64,000 nucleotides of DNA from Marsupella aquatica. Taxonomy: Eukaryota > Plantae > Marchantiophyta. Position numbers and translations under genes: made by a program. Under the pieces are notes generated by a model. That model saw only the letters and a list, made by a program, of their open reading frames with translations, was not told the DNA's origin and did no database searches. Of this stretch, positions 48,183 through 61,896 are shown one piece after another (the stretch's first letter is position 1; each line of letters begins with the position of its first letter). Location of the stretch: the NCBI GenBank assembly GCA_973895155.1, contig OZ316897.1:770515-834514 (forward strand), read 5' to 3'.

Positions 48183-49963
48183 GTGACACGCCGGACGATG
48201 TTGTTGCAGGAGGATTTGCCGTGTGGACCAGCTTTGGTAGGCTTGATTGTCAGACCCTCTGTCTTTGCCTTCTACGGAGGTAACGGTGCAAAAGACACCA
48301 TGGTAACCACCCGAAGCCAATCTGTAGGCCTTCTCTATGAGAAAGCATGCAGTGAGGTTGCGACGTAAGCTAAAGGCATTAGGCATGTTGAGAGGGACGT
48401 GGCCTATTGGCATTATGTTTGGTTCTAATCGTCCATCCCGCATGACCCGCCAGACCATGTGGGAAAAGTATGTTGATCCACAGTCCATTATGTTCACTCA
48501 GACGATGAATGGTGTTCAGATCACTGTTGGTGCAGGGTGTGTACATGCTTTGGATGCTCGGTGTCCAGCATGTGATGTAGATCCAGATGCGGACGTTAAG
48601 TACAATGAGGTTTTTGCAAAAAAGAGGGCCTGGAAAGTGTGTCAGCTCTGGAACACGGACCCTTTTGTGTTAGGCCTTGTAGAGCTTCAAGATGGCGAGT
48701 AGGTACATGCGGGGGTACATGCATAGGGATGTTAAATTGCGCAGATTGTTAGTCTACGCAGGAGATTAGTTTGTGCAGGGATGATAGCCAAGTTAGCAGT
48801 TCACATGACCTCTTGAATGGTCATTTTGTAAGAGTGTATGAGCGGATGCCAACACTAATTTTTGTATCACCTATCATCAGTATATTATGTATTTGTATGT
48901 CAGCCTCAGCCCTGGCAGTCTGAGTTTCTTTTAAGGGATTCGATGATGACTATTCTGCCATATGACCCAAAGGCATGGCACGAACACATACATATGCTGG
49001 TGGCAGATTGTCAACTAACGCTCTTTTTGGAAATGGATCTTGTGGTAGCGGTGATGTCCAGTGGACGAGAGTTTGGTATTGAAGGAGGGGTATTGACGGA
49101 GGTGTGGTACAAGGCAACTACTATCCCCCAACTAGGAAGGTAGTCATTTCCTTTTTGCCATCGTGTTCAAAACAAAATGTTGCTGTGTGTTGTGACCCCT
49201 GCATCATTGGTTTTTTGAAATGTCTGAGCTAACGTTTGAACATCATCACACAACATACCAGCTTGTGCCCAATGCAGCTGCTACCGGCCCGGCCCCCTCC
49301 AGCTGCATTACTTGGCGGACCATTCTATTAGAGGTCCAAAAACTCTAGTCCAAGGTATGTACATATTCTGGACTTTGTGGTTCTTTCAATTGTGCTCCAT
49401 TATTTACCGCTTCTTATATAGTTCATATGTTTTAAGCTGCTAATGCACAGGGCTTTGTATCTTGCTTAGGTAAGATGTCATTTCAGTTTTGTCATTTTTT
49501 TGTACATGTAGGACTCATTTAATTTGCAGGGCCCATCAAGTTCAAGGAGACCATGGGGAAGTCATGCCCCCATTGGTGACTGCTGGATTTAGCCGCTAAT
49601 AGTCTAGCGCTCCTTGTAATTTTGAAGCAGGTTGCCTGGGGGAGTGTGTGATTAGAGCCTGTCATTATTGTGTCCATGGTAGTCACTTGTCATTGTTGTC
49701 AGCCCCTTAAGTCATGTATAGTCTATTGTGGCCCTCACAACTGTGGAGGAGAAGGATTGGAGTGTGGGCCTGGCCCCGACTGTACATGGACCAAGCACAT
49801 ATGGGACAAGCTGAATTGGGACAAGCTAAACTTGGGCAAGCTGAAATGGCCATGTGCAGATCCCTGTCCCTCTTGTGCTTACGCTGAATCTGGAGTCCTT
49901 GCATGCAAAGGGTACGCCCTTCCCACTCGACACATGTCGGAGAAAGCAGCAATGGATCTGTAA
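48183..49963 (+). other. Coding-like, intron-punctuated fragments of an unidentified, probably decayed gene with a Cys-rich 3' part
   Basis: ORFs 48337-48702, 48862-49143 and 49670-49963 with splice-like signals; no family recognised. Confidence 0.25.
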
Positions 49964-50088
49964 CCAGCCAATCCTAACAAGAAATGGTCGGGATGGGGCA
50001 AGGCTCTCGTGGGATTGGTCCAGTGGATGCAGTCTCCACGTGTGGGTTGCTTAATATTGCCTTATAACCAATCTTGGTAGCCTACTTT

Positions 50089-53000
50089 CCTTGGAATTTG
50101 TTTTTGCTTTATAAATAAACCGTGGAACCTCACGGAAAAGGGGAAACAAGCAGCGCAGCGAGGGCATCAGAAGAACATAACAAGCCAAACGCAGCCCAGG
50201 GCAGCACCCCCAGGCCCCCAACACACATCACACCACCCCATACAGGGGGAAGCCCCCAAAGCACGGGGGCCAAAAGCCAGCCACCAGCCAGGATGCAGAA
50301 GCCCACCTCAAACATCAACAATAAAGCCACTGCGGCGAGAACCCAGCCAACACCTACGCTGGGATGCAATCCAGTCCTTAGCCGCGAACAAACGCAACTG
50401 TTTCCTACCGAAGGGAAGTCCCCTACCCACCGCATAAAGATTGACTGCCACCTCAGACAGCACAAGCCCGTAGTCAAAGGTTCTCGCCGCCCCCACACAG
50501 AACATATGCTCATTCCTAGCCCTCCAAAGCAACCACAAAACCTGATAAATGACATACAGCTTGGCACAGTGAACAGGGTCCTTTCCCACTGCATCATCCA
50601 AAAGAGCAATTATACCCTCGCTAACAGGCAGGCAGAGTGACGGCACTATCAGTAGACACCTCTGCTAGCAGCGCACGGCAAATCTACAGCCAAAGAACAG
50701 GTGCGGAATAGACTCCAATTGCCCGCCGCACAGCTTACAATCGCCATTGCTTACATCAATCCTGAGTGCCCGCTCGCCTGTGAACAGACCTCCCACAATA
50801 ATCCTCCATAGGAAGGTCTTAGCACGAACCGAAAGATCAGATCTCCACAGCCGCATCCACCCAGCATTCCATTCCAGCTCCAACTTGGACAATGACCAGA
50901 TGCGATTCAGGCGGGCAGTAAGTGAAATCCTGCAATTAGCAATTTTGAAGTCCTTCAAAACCCTGTCATTATCTGCCCACCTCCACTGTTTAGCCGTGGA
51001 CACCATGTCAAGACCGCACGAGTGTAAGCTCCATATTTTCACCAGGAATTTCATGGCCAGCCCTCTGAGATCCGCTGTGAATCCTCTCAGATGGTGCCAG
51101 CGCAGTGGAAGGTCCTTCCAGCAGCTTCCTTCCTCGCACCAGCCATCCCTTATGACTCTGATACCCAGTCTCCCACAGATCTTTGCAATCCCTATGATCT
51201 CTAGGTTCGGCAGACAGTTGAATTCTTCTAGGCAGCGCAGGGTATCATGTATACTCCAGCGTCCCGGGATCCCACCCTCACCAGGGACAAAAGAGAGACG
51301 TGCTCTCACCAAGGCCCACGACTTCCAAAGCCCTGAAGTATAAGGAAGGCCACCGCCAGCTCTCGCTGTGCAGAGGAGCAACCTATCCAGGAAGGAATAT
51401 TTGTTCCTGCGAATAATCTTATAATTTGTCCATCCCATGAGCTCCAAATTAGCAGCCAGCATTCGGGACCATTCTGTATCTGGGGAGTTGAGTGCCTTGA
51501 TGAACCACTGCACGAGTAAAGCTTCCGAGTGACTCTTGAACTCTTTGAACCCTAGTCCACCCTCTACCTTGGGGAGAGTCAGCTTGGACCATGCCACAAG
51601 CGGGATCTTCTTCCCCCCAGCCGGATTATAGCCCCACAGAAAGTCTCGGTTGAGAGCAATAAGTTTCTTGGTAAGGCCTGCCGAAGCCTTAAAATGCATG
51701 ACATGATAAATCAGGATGGCTTGCAAGACATGCTTGACTAACAATGAGCGACCAGTGAAAGACAGAAGCTTGTTGGTCCAGGAAGACAGACGAGCGGCCA
51801 CCTTATCCAGACAAAACTTATGGAGCTGCTCCGTATTCAAACCACTCCCTAGAGGTGCCCCCAAATACTTTTGCACTTCACCTGGCCCACTCACCAAACA
51901 TTCAGAATCTGTGAGCCACCCAGGGATGCGTTCAAGGGCCAAAGGAATCACTATTGACTTTCTAAAGTTCAGTCTAGCGCCAGCTGCCGTTTGTAATAAA
52001 GCAGTCTCCTTGGCAGGGATGAACATCCCAACGTCGTCCGCAAATAGTCGGTAGCACATCAAAAATCCCTCTGAAATCTGAATGCCGCTGAGTCTACCTG
52101 CCGTCATCTCCGCCTCCATGAAATCCATAAGCGGTTGAGTGGAGATAACAAAAAGCAAAGGGGAAAGTGGGCAGCCCTGTCTGACTCCACGTCTGAGTTC
52201 AATCGGACCTGCGCAGCAACCATTCACAAGAATAGTCGAAGAAGCAAGTGACAACAATGCTCTCACTAGTTTGATGAAGTGCCCGCTAATTCCTAGCAAT
52301 TGCATCGTCTCCCAAATATATTCATGGTTCACTCTATCGAATGCTTTTTCAAAGTCCAATTTCAAGAAAAGGGACGGTTGCTTCTTGTTGTTAACCCAAT
52401 CGCATGTAAGCCATGCCAAAGAGATATTCTCTAGAATGTGGCGACCCGGGATAAAGCCGGTTTGCTGAGGACTGATGATCTTATTCAGAATCGGTTTGAG
52501 TCTCAGGGCAATGATCTTGGCAATCACCTTATAAATTGTGTTTAGCATTGTAAGTGGTCTCCAGTCTTTCAGGAATCTCTTATCTGGTTTCTTGGGGATG
52601 AATTTGATTAGGCCGTCCTTGATCCCGCAGTCGAGCTCTCCCGTCAGCCAAAAGTCCTGAATGATGTTTACAAGATCCACGCTCATAAAGTCCCAACAAG
52701 CACGATACACCTCTGCAGTAAGTCCGTCTGGACCAAGGGATTTGTCACACGGCAGCATCCAGATTACCTCCTTAATCTCCTGCATGGATGGGAGTTCCTC
52801 AATTCTCTTAATCTCTGTTGCCGACAGTGCAAATCTAGTGTGTTGCAGTAGCCTGCATCTTTCCTTGCGCTGCTCAGCCATTTCGGCCTGCGTGGGATCC
52901 GGGGGACAGTATAGCTCAGTGCATAACTTTTCTACCTCCTTTAAAATCAGGCCAGTGTCCGTGATCACACTCCCATCGTCACGTACAAGCTTGGTCATGG

Positions 53001-54087
53001 CTTCTCTCGCTCCCTTCGCCCTTACTGTAGCAAAGAAAAATTTTGTCGACTCATCCCCTTCTCCGAGCCACTTCACCCTGGCTAACCGGCGGCCACTATT
53101 GGCCTCCTCAAACTCGGTTGCATGCAATGAGTCCTCTGTTTCAACAAAATCAAAGATGTCAGCTTCCGTTGAAGAGTCGATCAAGGATGTTTTAAGCATT
53201 CTCAATCGTTCTCTTAAAAAGGCTGTTTCCTCTTCCGCCCTCTTAGGTCGAGCCTGCAAGGTCTTGTATGTACGTCGCAGCGACTTGCTAGCCTTGGCAA
53301 ATCGGCGATGAGGCTCCTCTATCCCAGCGCGCCCTTCCTCCCAAGCAGCAGCGAGTTGCTCCACGTCCTCTTTACACCTTAGAAGAGCAGGATTGGCCTT
53401 GAAAATTCTGTATCTGCCTCGAGTACCTCCTACTGCTGGCCCGGCTAGGTGCACCTTTAGCAAGACCAGATCATGGTTTGACAAAGCTGATCCACCCTCA
53501 TGACAAAGCTCCACAATTTCATCGAGCCACCAGCCCTGCTCGCTAATGTAAAATCTATCCAACCTTGACTGCACAATTGCCCACAACCGCGTCCTCCTCC
53601 AAGTGTATTTGGAACCTTCAGCACCCCCTTTGAGCACAAAGGCATCTACCAGATCCAGCCTCACCTTTAAGAACCTCCAAAATTCTGCCTCCCTGCCCCC
53701 AATCAGTGGTGAGGCACCTGTGGCATCTCCCCGGTTCTCTATCATGTTAAAATCTCCGCATATTATCCATTTAGCCATTGGTAGGCCCAACTTGAGATCG
53801 TTCCACAGCACAGACCGCAGTCGTGACGAATTGGGTGCATAAACCGAAACTACTCCAAAGGTGCTTCCCAGAATCTCCATCACTACCCATACTGCTCTTC
53901 CTAGATCTACCGTGCCTGATGCCACCACCATAAAATCCGGGTGTATGAGTAGCGCAGTCCCTCCCCTGCCTTCATCCGGTGCAGATGAGAAGTGCTAATA
54001 CGAGGGAAGAATGGCTCTAAGAGCCATGTCAAGCCGGAATTGGTCAGTTTTAACTTCATGTATTGCCAAAACGCTTAACGGTGACTT
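50089..54087 (-). mobile_element. 5'-truncated L1-clade LINE retrotransposon with 20-bp TSD
   Basis: CAATCTTGGTAGCCTACTTT at both 50069-50088 and 54088-54107; A-rich 3' end near 50095-50120; truncated inside the endonuclease domain. Confidence 0.93.
50308..54080 (-). pseudogene. LINE ORF2: APE endonuclease, reverse transcriptase, C-terminal Zn finger
   Basis: SVYAPN..GDFN..SRLDRFY; KLDFEKAFDRV; GVRQGCPLSPLLF; LFADD; CKLC..ESIPHLFFGC; WLLWRARN. Stops at ~53997 and 50665. Confidence 0.93.
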
Positions 54088-54747
54088 CAATCTTGGTAGC
54101 CTACTTTGCTTTGATATCATGAATTTCTGTCGTCCTTTCTATCTCTCTCACACAATTCCATTGCCTTCAACAAGCAATGGTAAAGATCCAGCCTGTCTTA
54201 TACGTAGTCAGCAGAATGCAATTGGCATGGCTTTGGAGGCCTTTCGGCAGAGGTCAAAAGGCTGGATCACATTCTACAGTCTCATTGTTGCTTGGGCGAA
54301 AGCCATATTCATTTTTCCGTGTGGCTTGAATGAGTACCACTTCCTTCTTGATGACATCCAAGATGTTATCAATGAGCTCAGGGATCCACTTGCCATTGAT
54401 CGAGTTGAAATGAGAATTGGGGCTGTTTGTTTAAACTGTCAGATTAATACCTGTCGCACACAGGCCCTCCATAGACTTCCTTTGGATGTTGGCCCATTCT
54501 AATAGGCCAGGTTGCTTGTTTCCTGCATTGGCCAGCAATCATCAATCTGCCTAACATCTTTGTAACCTATCTCTAGTAGAAGAATTGGTGCACATGATGT
54601 CCACATTGTGTGTTGTTGCACCATGCCACCCAAGAAGTTACATTTTGGGTGAATATGTGCTTAGAATGAAATGAACCTATCCTATTTTGAGCAATCCCTA
54701 TGTTGATGCTCCCTTTGTCATGTGGACTGTGCGCAGGCCCATGAGAG

Positions 54748-57700
54748 GTGGATAGGTTGTCAGTAAAGGGTGAGAGAATGCCGCCTGCCACTTTGTTTCA
54801 AGTAGACAAAGAAGGTGGGGAAAGGAAACCTATATCGTCATATAGTTACAAAGTAGGGGAATCGTATGCTGATGCCCGACTGAAGTTGGAGGCACTACTC
54901 GATTTTGACTTCCACTTTATTGATGTCAATCTTGCCACTTGGATGCCGGAGAAATGGGAGATCTGCAATCTTTTGGAGGATTGTGGGGGAAAGATTGTTA
55001 TCATTCCCAAAAATGCCTTGGAGCCTCCAACCCCATTGGTGCACGTAGACCCTGGAGGCGCAGGGCAAGCCCTTGGGAGTAGCAATGCTTCCAATGGCCT
55101 TTCATTGCCAGAGAGTGATGATGTCGATTTTCCCATGAATGAGGAGCCTCCAGTGGAAGCTGATCCACACTCTGGTTGCCCCTTGCTAGAGCCTGAACAA
55201 CAAGTCACATTCATGTCCACTCTTATGAGTAATACTTTAAAGGCAGTATGGGAAGCATCTGCGGATAAGTTGAAGACTCACATGGAATCCATTAAATGTG
55301 CTGACCACAAGTGGAAAGTGAGAACTTGGGACAAAGACAACATGCCCTGGGGGCATATCGAGTGTTGTGAGTGTGACAAGCGGGTGGAAGGGCTAGCAAA
55401 AGGTACATTGATGGATAAATCATCCATCAATAATGCATTTACCAACTTCAAAAATTCGCATTTGCAATCATCAAAGCATGCAGCTCGGGTGGCTAGGAAC
55501 AGGGGTGAGAAAGTTGGGCCCCGTGGAGATTGCAAGGAGGGGTCAAATATTTGACTGATAGAGCCATACTTGAAGAGCATTTGAAGATTGTAGCAAAGAT
55601 CAACGAGTTGCAGACAGTTGGTCGCGAGACGTTTACAGTCGAGGGGGATGTCCATAAGGAACCAGTGGAGTTCCAGACTTTGAAACTGTTCTGCAATTTT
55701 TGTCTTCACCATTTGACTTTGGTACCCAAACAACGAAACTTGGAGGCTAATCAGACAAGCCATTGTACTGTCTTGATCCATCTTGATTATGTGGCCAAAA
55801 GTCAGAGGCCTACAAGAAACAAGCCAGTTTTGTCAGGGCGCCCTGGCAGACCCCGTACTGTGGACGGGAGGGATAAGAAATAGAGAAAAATTCAGGGGTT
55901 CTTGACTCGCACCTCGACTACAGGTGCATCAAGCAGCTCGTCAAGGATGTCAGCACAAGATGATGATAGAGGTACTTTTGATAATTTGTCATTGTTGTGT
56001 TGGGGTCTGTGGCGGGATGAGATAGAAGTAGGGTCAGAACTTAGGCCTATCAAAAGTCACTTACACGACCAGGTGAAAGTGGGTGGTGCATGGTATGCAG
56101 AGCCCCTAGTAATGGCAGAGGTGTTCTGTATGTATAGTGAAGAAGCTTGTGAGATCAAGGGCCTTTTTAGGCATAAAGAATGTAGTCGAATGTCACAGTT
56201 GGGGGGCGGGTTTGATGATTTGATGTGTTCGAAGTGTTATTCCATTAAGAACATGAAGGACTTCAGACTTCGGGTAGCAAGAGAGGTCAAGGCCTATGAG
56301 AAAGAGGAGAGAGAGGGACTGGCAAGGGCAGGCGGCTAGGTTGCCTCACAATTCCTGAGGTCCAAAACCAAGCTAAAGTATACAGAAACCGAATTTTGAG
56401 AGAGAGGAAGTTGCAGAAATATCTAAGTCACAAACTGTTGATGCTGAAGTCTTGGATCCCTAGTATAAAGGAAGTTTGTCTTGACTATCAAGGCCCCAAT
56501 AAGGAATCTATCCTTAAGTTTTGTCAGTCCATAGTCCTTGCGCACAGGAAGGGTGCATTTGGTGGGAGAGGTGCATTGTGGGATATGTTATCTGATATAG
56601 CTTCAAACTTGAATACGACAAAGGAGGGATATAGGTTCAAGGCTGGAACAAAGCTTCTCTACCAAACACTCTTCTTGCATGGTGGTCAACGTGTTGTTGA
56701 CTGCCTTGCAAGTAATGGGATAGGGCCAAGCATAAACACCCTTCAACGGGACAGAAGAGGGATGGCAGTACTTATTCCGAGCAGGAATCCATGCTGAACA
56801 ATTTATGTTTGTCTCTCAAGTGTACTCCAAACTGAAAGAGAGACTCAACATCAAAGGGCCAGTTCCCTATTATTTGGCAGAAGATGAGACCACTGTCAAA
56901 AAAACAGTAAGGTACTTTCTTCAGGCCCTCATGCATGATGTTGTACTTCAGGCCCTCACGCATGATGTTAGTCATGTCATGGTGTTGGATCCTAGTTTCA
57001 CCTTTATCTCTGTTTCAACTATTATGTAGGCTCCATCTGGAAACCAAGAACTCAGTTTTGGTTTCTTGCAGGTGGCTGCCAAAACATGACACCATGATTG
57101 GGTTTTGCGGCACCCAAACAGGGCATGTATGCCTTGTTGGGTGGGAGATAGAAGTGGGCGAAGGAGAACTTGGCTTCCACATCATCGTTGATGCTTTTGA
57201 AAACAATGTGGTAGGGCAGATGGCTCATTGTATAGTAGTCAATCCCCTTGCAGAGGGGTTCCCACGGTTGCTTATACTAGCTACAGGTACATGTAATAGA
57301 TTTAAAGCTCCTTGGGTAAGAGAGCAGTGGGATATCCTGGAGTCATTGTGGAACACTCATTGTCTGGAGAGTGTGGGGCCTTTACTTGGCCATGCAAGTG
57401 ACGGTGATGCACGTAGGAGGAAGTTAATGTTGGAGGACTATACTGGCTGTCGGAAGGCAGGGCCAAGATTTAGCCTTGGGTGGGAAGGCTGGCAATTGAG
57501 CCACTCTATGACAGGTGATGGGCCATTGACCCACGCTGTTGGGCTACATGACCAAGACTATATCCACAGTGGGAAGAAGTTAGTGAACCCATTGGATTCT
57601 TCAGCTCGGATATTGAAACTGGGGACTCAAGTGGCCAACCTGAGTCATCTGAGACTCCTGTTAGGTTTATATGACCATGACCTTCATGGCCTGAACCATG

Positions 57701-59526
57701 ATGATGTAACACGAAATGATAGGCAGAATTGGGCTAGTGCACAAAGGATTTGTAGTCATAAGGCGGGTTCTACGTTGAGGATGTTGCATCTGCAGAAGGA
57801 TGCAAGGGTGGAGCTCGCACTTGGAACTGAGGTGTTTGTTCGTATATGTGGAGATTATCTGGATATATTCATGAACCCTCGGCTCACTCTACGGGAGAGG
57901 GTTGTACTTTGTGGGAAGGTGGGTTTCTTCTTCAGACTGTGGCGCCTATGGTGCTTCCATGGGAACCATACTGTAGGGGGGAATACATAACCAATTACTT
58001 TCATGCGGAACTGTATCCATATGCAAACCTTTCTCGATGTTCAAATGTCAGTCCATTTTATAGTTCTGTTGATAATCCAATTCTGAGACCACTTCAAGCA
58101 TCTTCCAGTGCCTCTAGAGTTGACTGGCTCAGATGCGTGTGAGAAATTCTTCTCAAAAGTAGGGGGCATGAACGGTCGTGAGCGAAGCTATGACTTGTCA
58201 GAATTAGTGGAGTGCGCCACTAATCTTAACAGATTGGCTGCAATGGATGTATCAGCGGGATTGATGGGTGCTGGAAAGAGCCATAAAAAGCATTCGAACA
58301 TTTGGATGGATCTTCAATTAGATTCAGAGGCAGTTCATGTCTGTCCAGATCAGACAGATTATACAGGGATAGAGACAAATGCAGCGATCGTGGTTGCATT
58401 GCAGGAGGGATTAAGTTTGGCACAATGTGCTGCAACTGAGCTGGAAATGAATCCTTCAACATCTTGCAAGGATAAGCTATGGTGGAACTCACTGTGGAAA
58501 GTTGAGTCAAAAGGGGTGAAGTCTGGTGGATGGTGTGACATCAATGTGGATACACTTGTAGATGTACGAGATACTTTGGACATTCGAGATGTGCGACCTG
58601 CTTTGAATGGTGAAGCCCAACCTCAAACTGTCACTGAGACTGATACAATGATTTTGGAAGCTTCACCTATTGTTACCACCCTGGGGATTGTAGCTGGCTT
58701 TGAGACTGAGACTGAGAGTTCCTTCCCTGGGATGTCTGTCCGTTACGTAGATGCTCATGTAGAGGAAGCTGCCTCCAAATTGTCTGCAACAATGAATATC
58801 ATGCATTCAGACTTGTTGTATGGTGCACCAATTAAGCAAGTGAAGCCAACTGTGTGTTTTCAAGAGCGACAGATCTACAAAAGTACATTGGTTAGCCAGC
58901 TGATTGGAAACCCCCACTTGAGTAAGGACCGATTGACTCGTGTGAAACAGAGTGTGTACTTCAATAATTTAGTGGACAAACCCAACTATAGAGAGGGTGT
59001 ACCAACTATGTTCATGACAGTGGGCACTGACTGTGGTGTTTTCTTCCTTGATGAAACACAACATGAGGTCAGGGCAACTCAAAACTCAGAGGCCGTAGCA
59101 AAAGCATCCAAAGGGAAAGCAGGTGGAAGGAAATCAAAAAAAAATGTGACCAATCCAAAGAAGCCAAGAGGAGATCTGGTAGCAGTGTGTTCTGCATCTG
59201 GGCCAAAGTATGTTTGGTGGATTGGCAGGGTGCAAAGCATCCACCGAAAGTATGGTAACAGTGTTTGCAGATCTAGAGAACCTTTGGATCTACTTGATAG
59301 ACCTGGTTCCGAAGCTGCATGTCAAGTAGTGTTCAATTGGTTTACACCGGTTGGGTCTAGTAGGAACAAATTTGCTTATAATATGTGTGATCCACAGACC
59401 ATTGACTTGGACTGTGTCATATCAACTGTGAGTTTTACAGTGGATCCTCTCTATCCAACTATTTTTAAGTTGCCTCCAGATGATGTGACTGCCCTCGACA
59501 ATTTTGTAAAGAACAACATAGAATGA
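54748..59526 (+). pseudogene. P-element/THAP9-like DDE transposase with N-terminal Zn fingers, disrupted
   Basis: CCECD..H....H and CNFC..H fingers; GPSINTLQR; LAEDETTVK; HASDGDARRR; QDYIHSGKKLVNPL; DRQNWASAQ; GSDACEKFFSKVGG. Order and spacing resemble the P-superfamily D-D-(DxxH)-E layout. Several stops and frameshifts; intron ~56911-57071. Confidence 0.65.
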
Positions 59527-61309
59527 TGACCTGTATTTGGGGCAGGTACACTCCATGCCTGATGTTTATCATTCATCAGTTACACACCGGGGTTACACAT
59601 TCTCCAGAGGAGCGAAGGTAGCAAGATTTGAAAACATCCTAAGCGTATTCTGATGTTATGTAATCTGTAAACCTTGTAGATCTGGTTGTATTCAATATAA
59701 TACTCATTCATGGTGTTGGTCCATTTGTGGATCAGGTGTATTGGAGACTTCGAGATGACTAAGGTGGGGACAACAGTGATGAAGAAACGCTCTAGACTGA
59801 GCAGGAGGAGAAGCAAACCTGGTACTGGAGGTCTGACAACTGCAGCAGCTGTTGTGGTTTATTCCAGAGTTTCAAAGTCAAGGAAGGCACAGGGGAAAGG
59901 CAGCCCTAATTACAACAAAGAAGAGTGGAGCAACAAGGAGATAGCTAAAGAGAGTTCTGGAGGTTGTGGTTTAGGAATCATAGATGTTGTGATTCCTGAA
60001 GTAGAGGCAGGTGTGGAGGGGCTATGGAGTGTGATCTCTGTTTGAAAATCATATGATTTGCCTGCAATTGTCCCTTCCCATTTTTACAATCATATTTTTT
60101 GGCAAGCAGAATGGCCTGTACACATAAGTGACTATTCACTTATGAAGCAGACCAGCATTGGAAGGCATGACAGTGGGCAGGAGTCTTAGGTTTGTATTGT
60201 CTTAGGTTAGCTGCGGGGTTAGCTGATTCAATATCAGTCTTTAGATTTATAAAGACTTACCATTTTCATCTCCTTTATAGAGCGGTTATATACATACATG
60301 ACCAGTGGTAACTTGGTCTTCAAAAAAACTCTCCAGTTACATACATATATAAAGATTGCAGCATTCCCGGCAGCATTAAGCATTATCACTCAATACAAAT
60401 TGTAATATATGAAGGATTATTATTATTGCCCAAAAGTCCCTTTTGTAATACACTAAAGATACTTTAATAAGAGAAATTTTTTGATTTTTTATAAAAAACA
60501 AGGATAATCTCTATAGGAGAAAAATTAATAAGAAGGGGTACCTGTGTAGGGGAGGCTCACAGGTATGATTGTATAATATACAAGGAGTGAGGGCCGAGGG
60601 TTATGAACTAGTCAGGGATAGTTGATCCAAAAACGTTTTGGGAAATTGGGAGTCTTGAATGGGAAGGACTGTAGCTATGTTCTAGACAGTAAATACATAA
60701 ACTCAAACATGAAGTCCAGATGATTGAAATTAATACATTCAAGTGATATAGCCAAATAGACACGCCACTTGAGACTTCTCGGTTGAAAACTAAGCTTGAC
60801 AAGAGATGGGCCAATTAAAATGAACTTTATTGTGCACAAGGGATTTATTACAAAACAGGTGCATCTTACTGCACATATATAGCGATTACTAACAAGAGAC
60901 CTTTACTAAGTAATATTCAATGCTACCCTTCACTAGTGATATCCAATGCCTGCTTAGCCTTTATTGTATACTAACTGAGGACTATCCACTGATATGGTTT
61001 AAGTAGTTAACCTTCAGGGAGCTCAAAGTCCTGTGGAACAACAATCCACATAAATATTAGTGACAGAAATAGTCAAGCTCACGCAGGGAAGAACAGGTCA
61101 GCAAATAGACTTCAGCCAACCTACTGGAGCAACTGTAATGTACATACATAAGTAAGACGGATTTTGGTCTTTTTAGCAAGCAGTACATGGCTATAATATC
61201 TCCCAGGGCTCTAACTCTAGACTCAAGAAAACCCTGAGGACAGTTGTTTAGGACATAAGGGCAGACTGGGTACTAGGAATTTAGGACTAAGGATTGACAA
61301 AAGTTTGCT

Positions 61310-61850
61310 AATTCAGGACTTGGGCCAGAGGACTCATTGAGTAGGGATGGCAGATTGAGGACTCAATCAGGGTGGAGGACTGATGACTCAGGGTAGAGGA
61401 CTGAGGACTAAGGATGGAGGACTGAAGGCTCGGGGAAAAGGACTAATTAAGGACTCGGAATGAAGGACTGAGGATTTGGGGCAGAGGACTGGGGATTCGG
61501 GCAGAGGACTGAGGACTCGGGCTAAGGACTGAGGACTGAGGGTTTAGGACTGAGGACTCGGGCTAAGGACTGAGGACTGAGGGTTTAGGACTGAGGACTC
61601 GGGCTAAGGACTGAGGGTTTAGGACTGAGGACTGAGGCTGAGGACTGAGGACTGAGGCAAAGGACTCAGACTAAGGACTCAGGGAAGAAACCGAGGACTC
61701 ATGGCAAAGACTAAGGACTGAAGCCAACGGATTGAGGACTCCGGATGGAGGAACTGAGGACTAGTGACCGAGGACTGAGGACCAGCAACAGATAACTGTG
61801 GACTAGAGACAAAAGACAAAGGACTTCAAACGAAGGACAGAGGACTAGTG
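61310..61850. repeat. GAGGACT-based minisatellite downstream of the Sola2-like transposase
   Basis: Dozens of (G/A)AGGACT heptamers with a higher-order repeat at 61500-61630. Confidence 0.9.
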
Positions 61851-61896
61851 ATGGAGAAAAAATGGTGAACACACCTCAGTATCCTCCTTCATATTG

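Noticed and set aside
50747-53842. Plus-strand ORFs overlapping the LINE and other antisense ORFs over transposases
   Set aside because: Shadow frames of real opposite-strand genes, with no motifs of their own.
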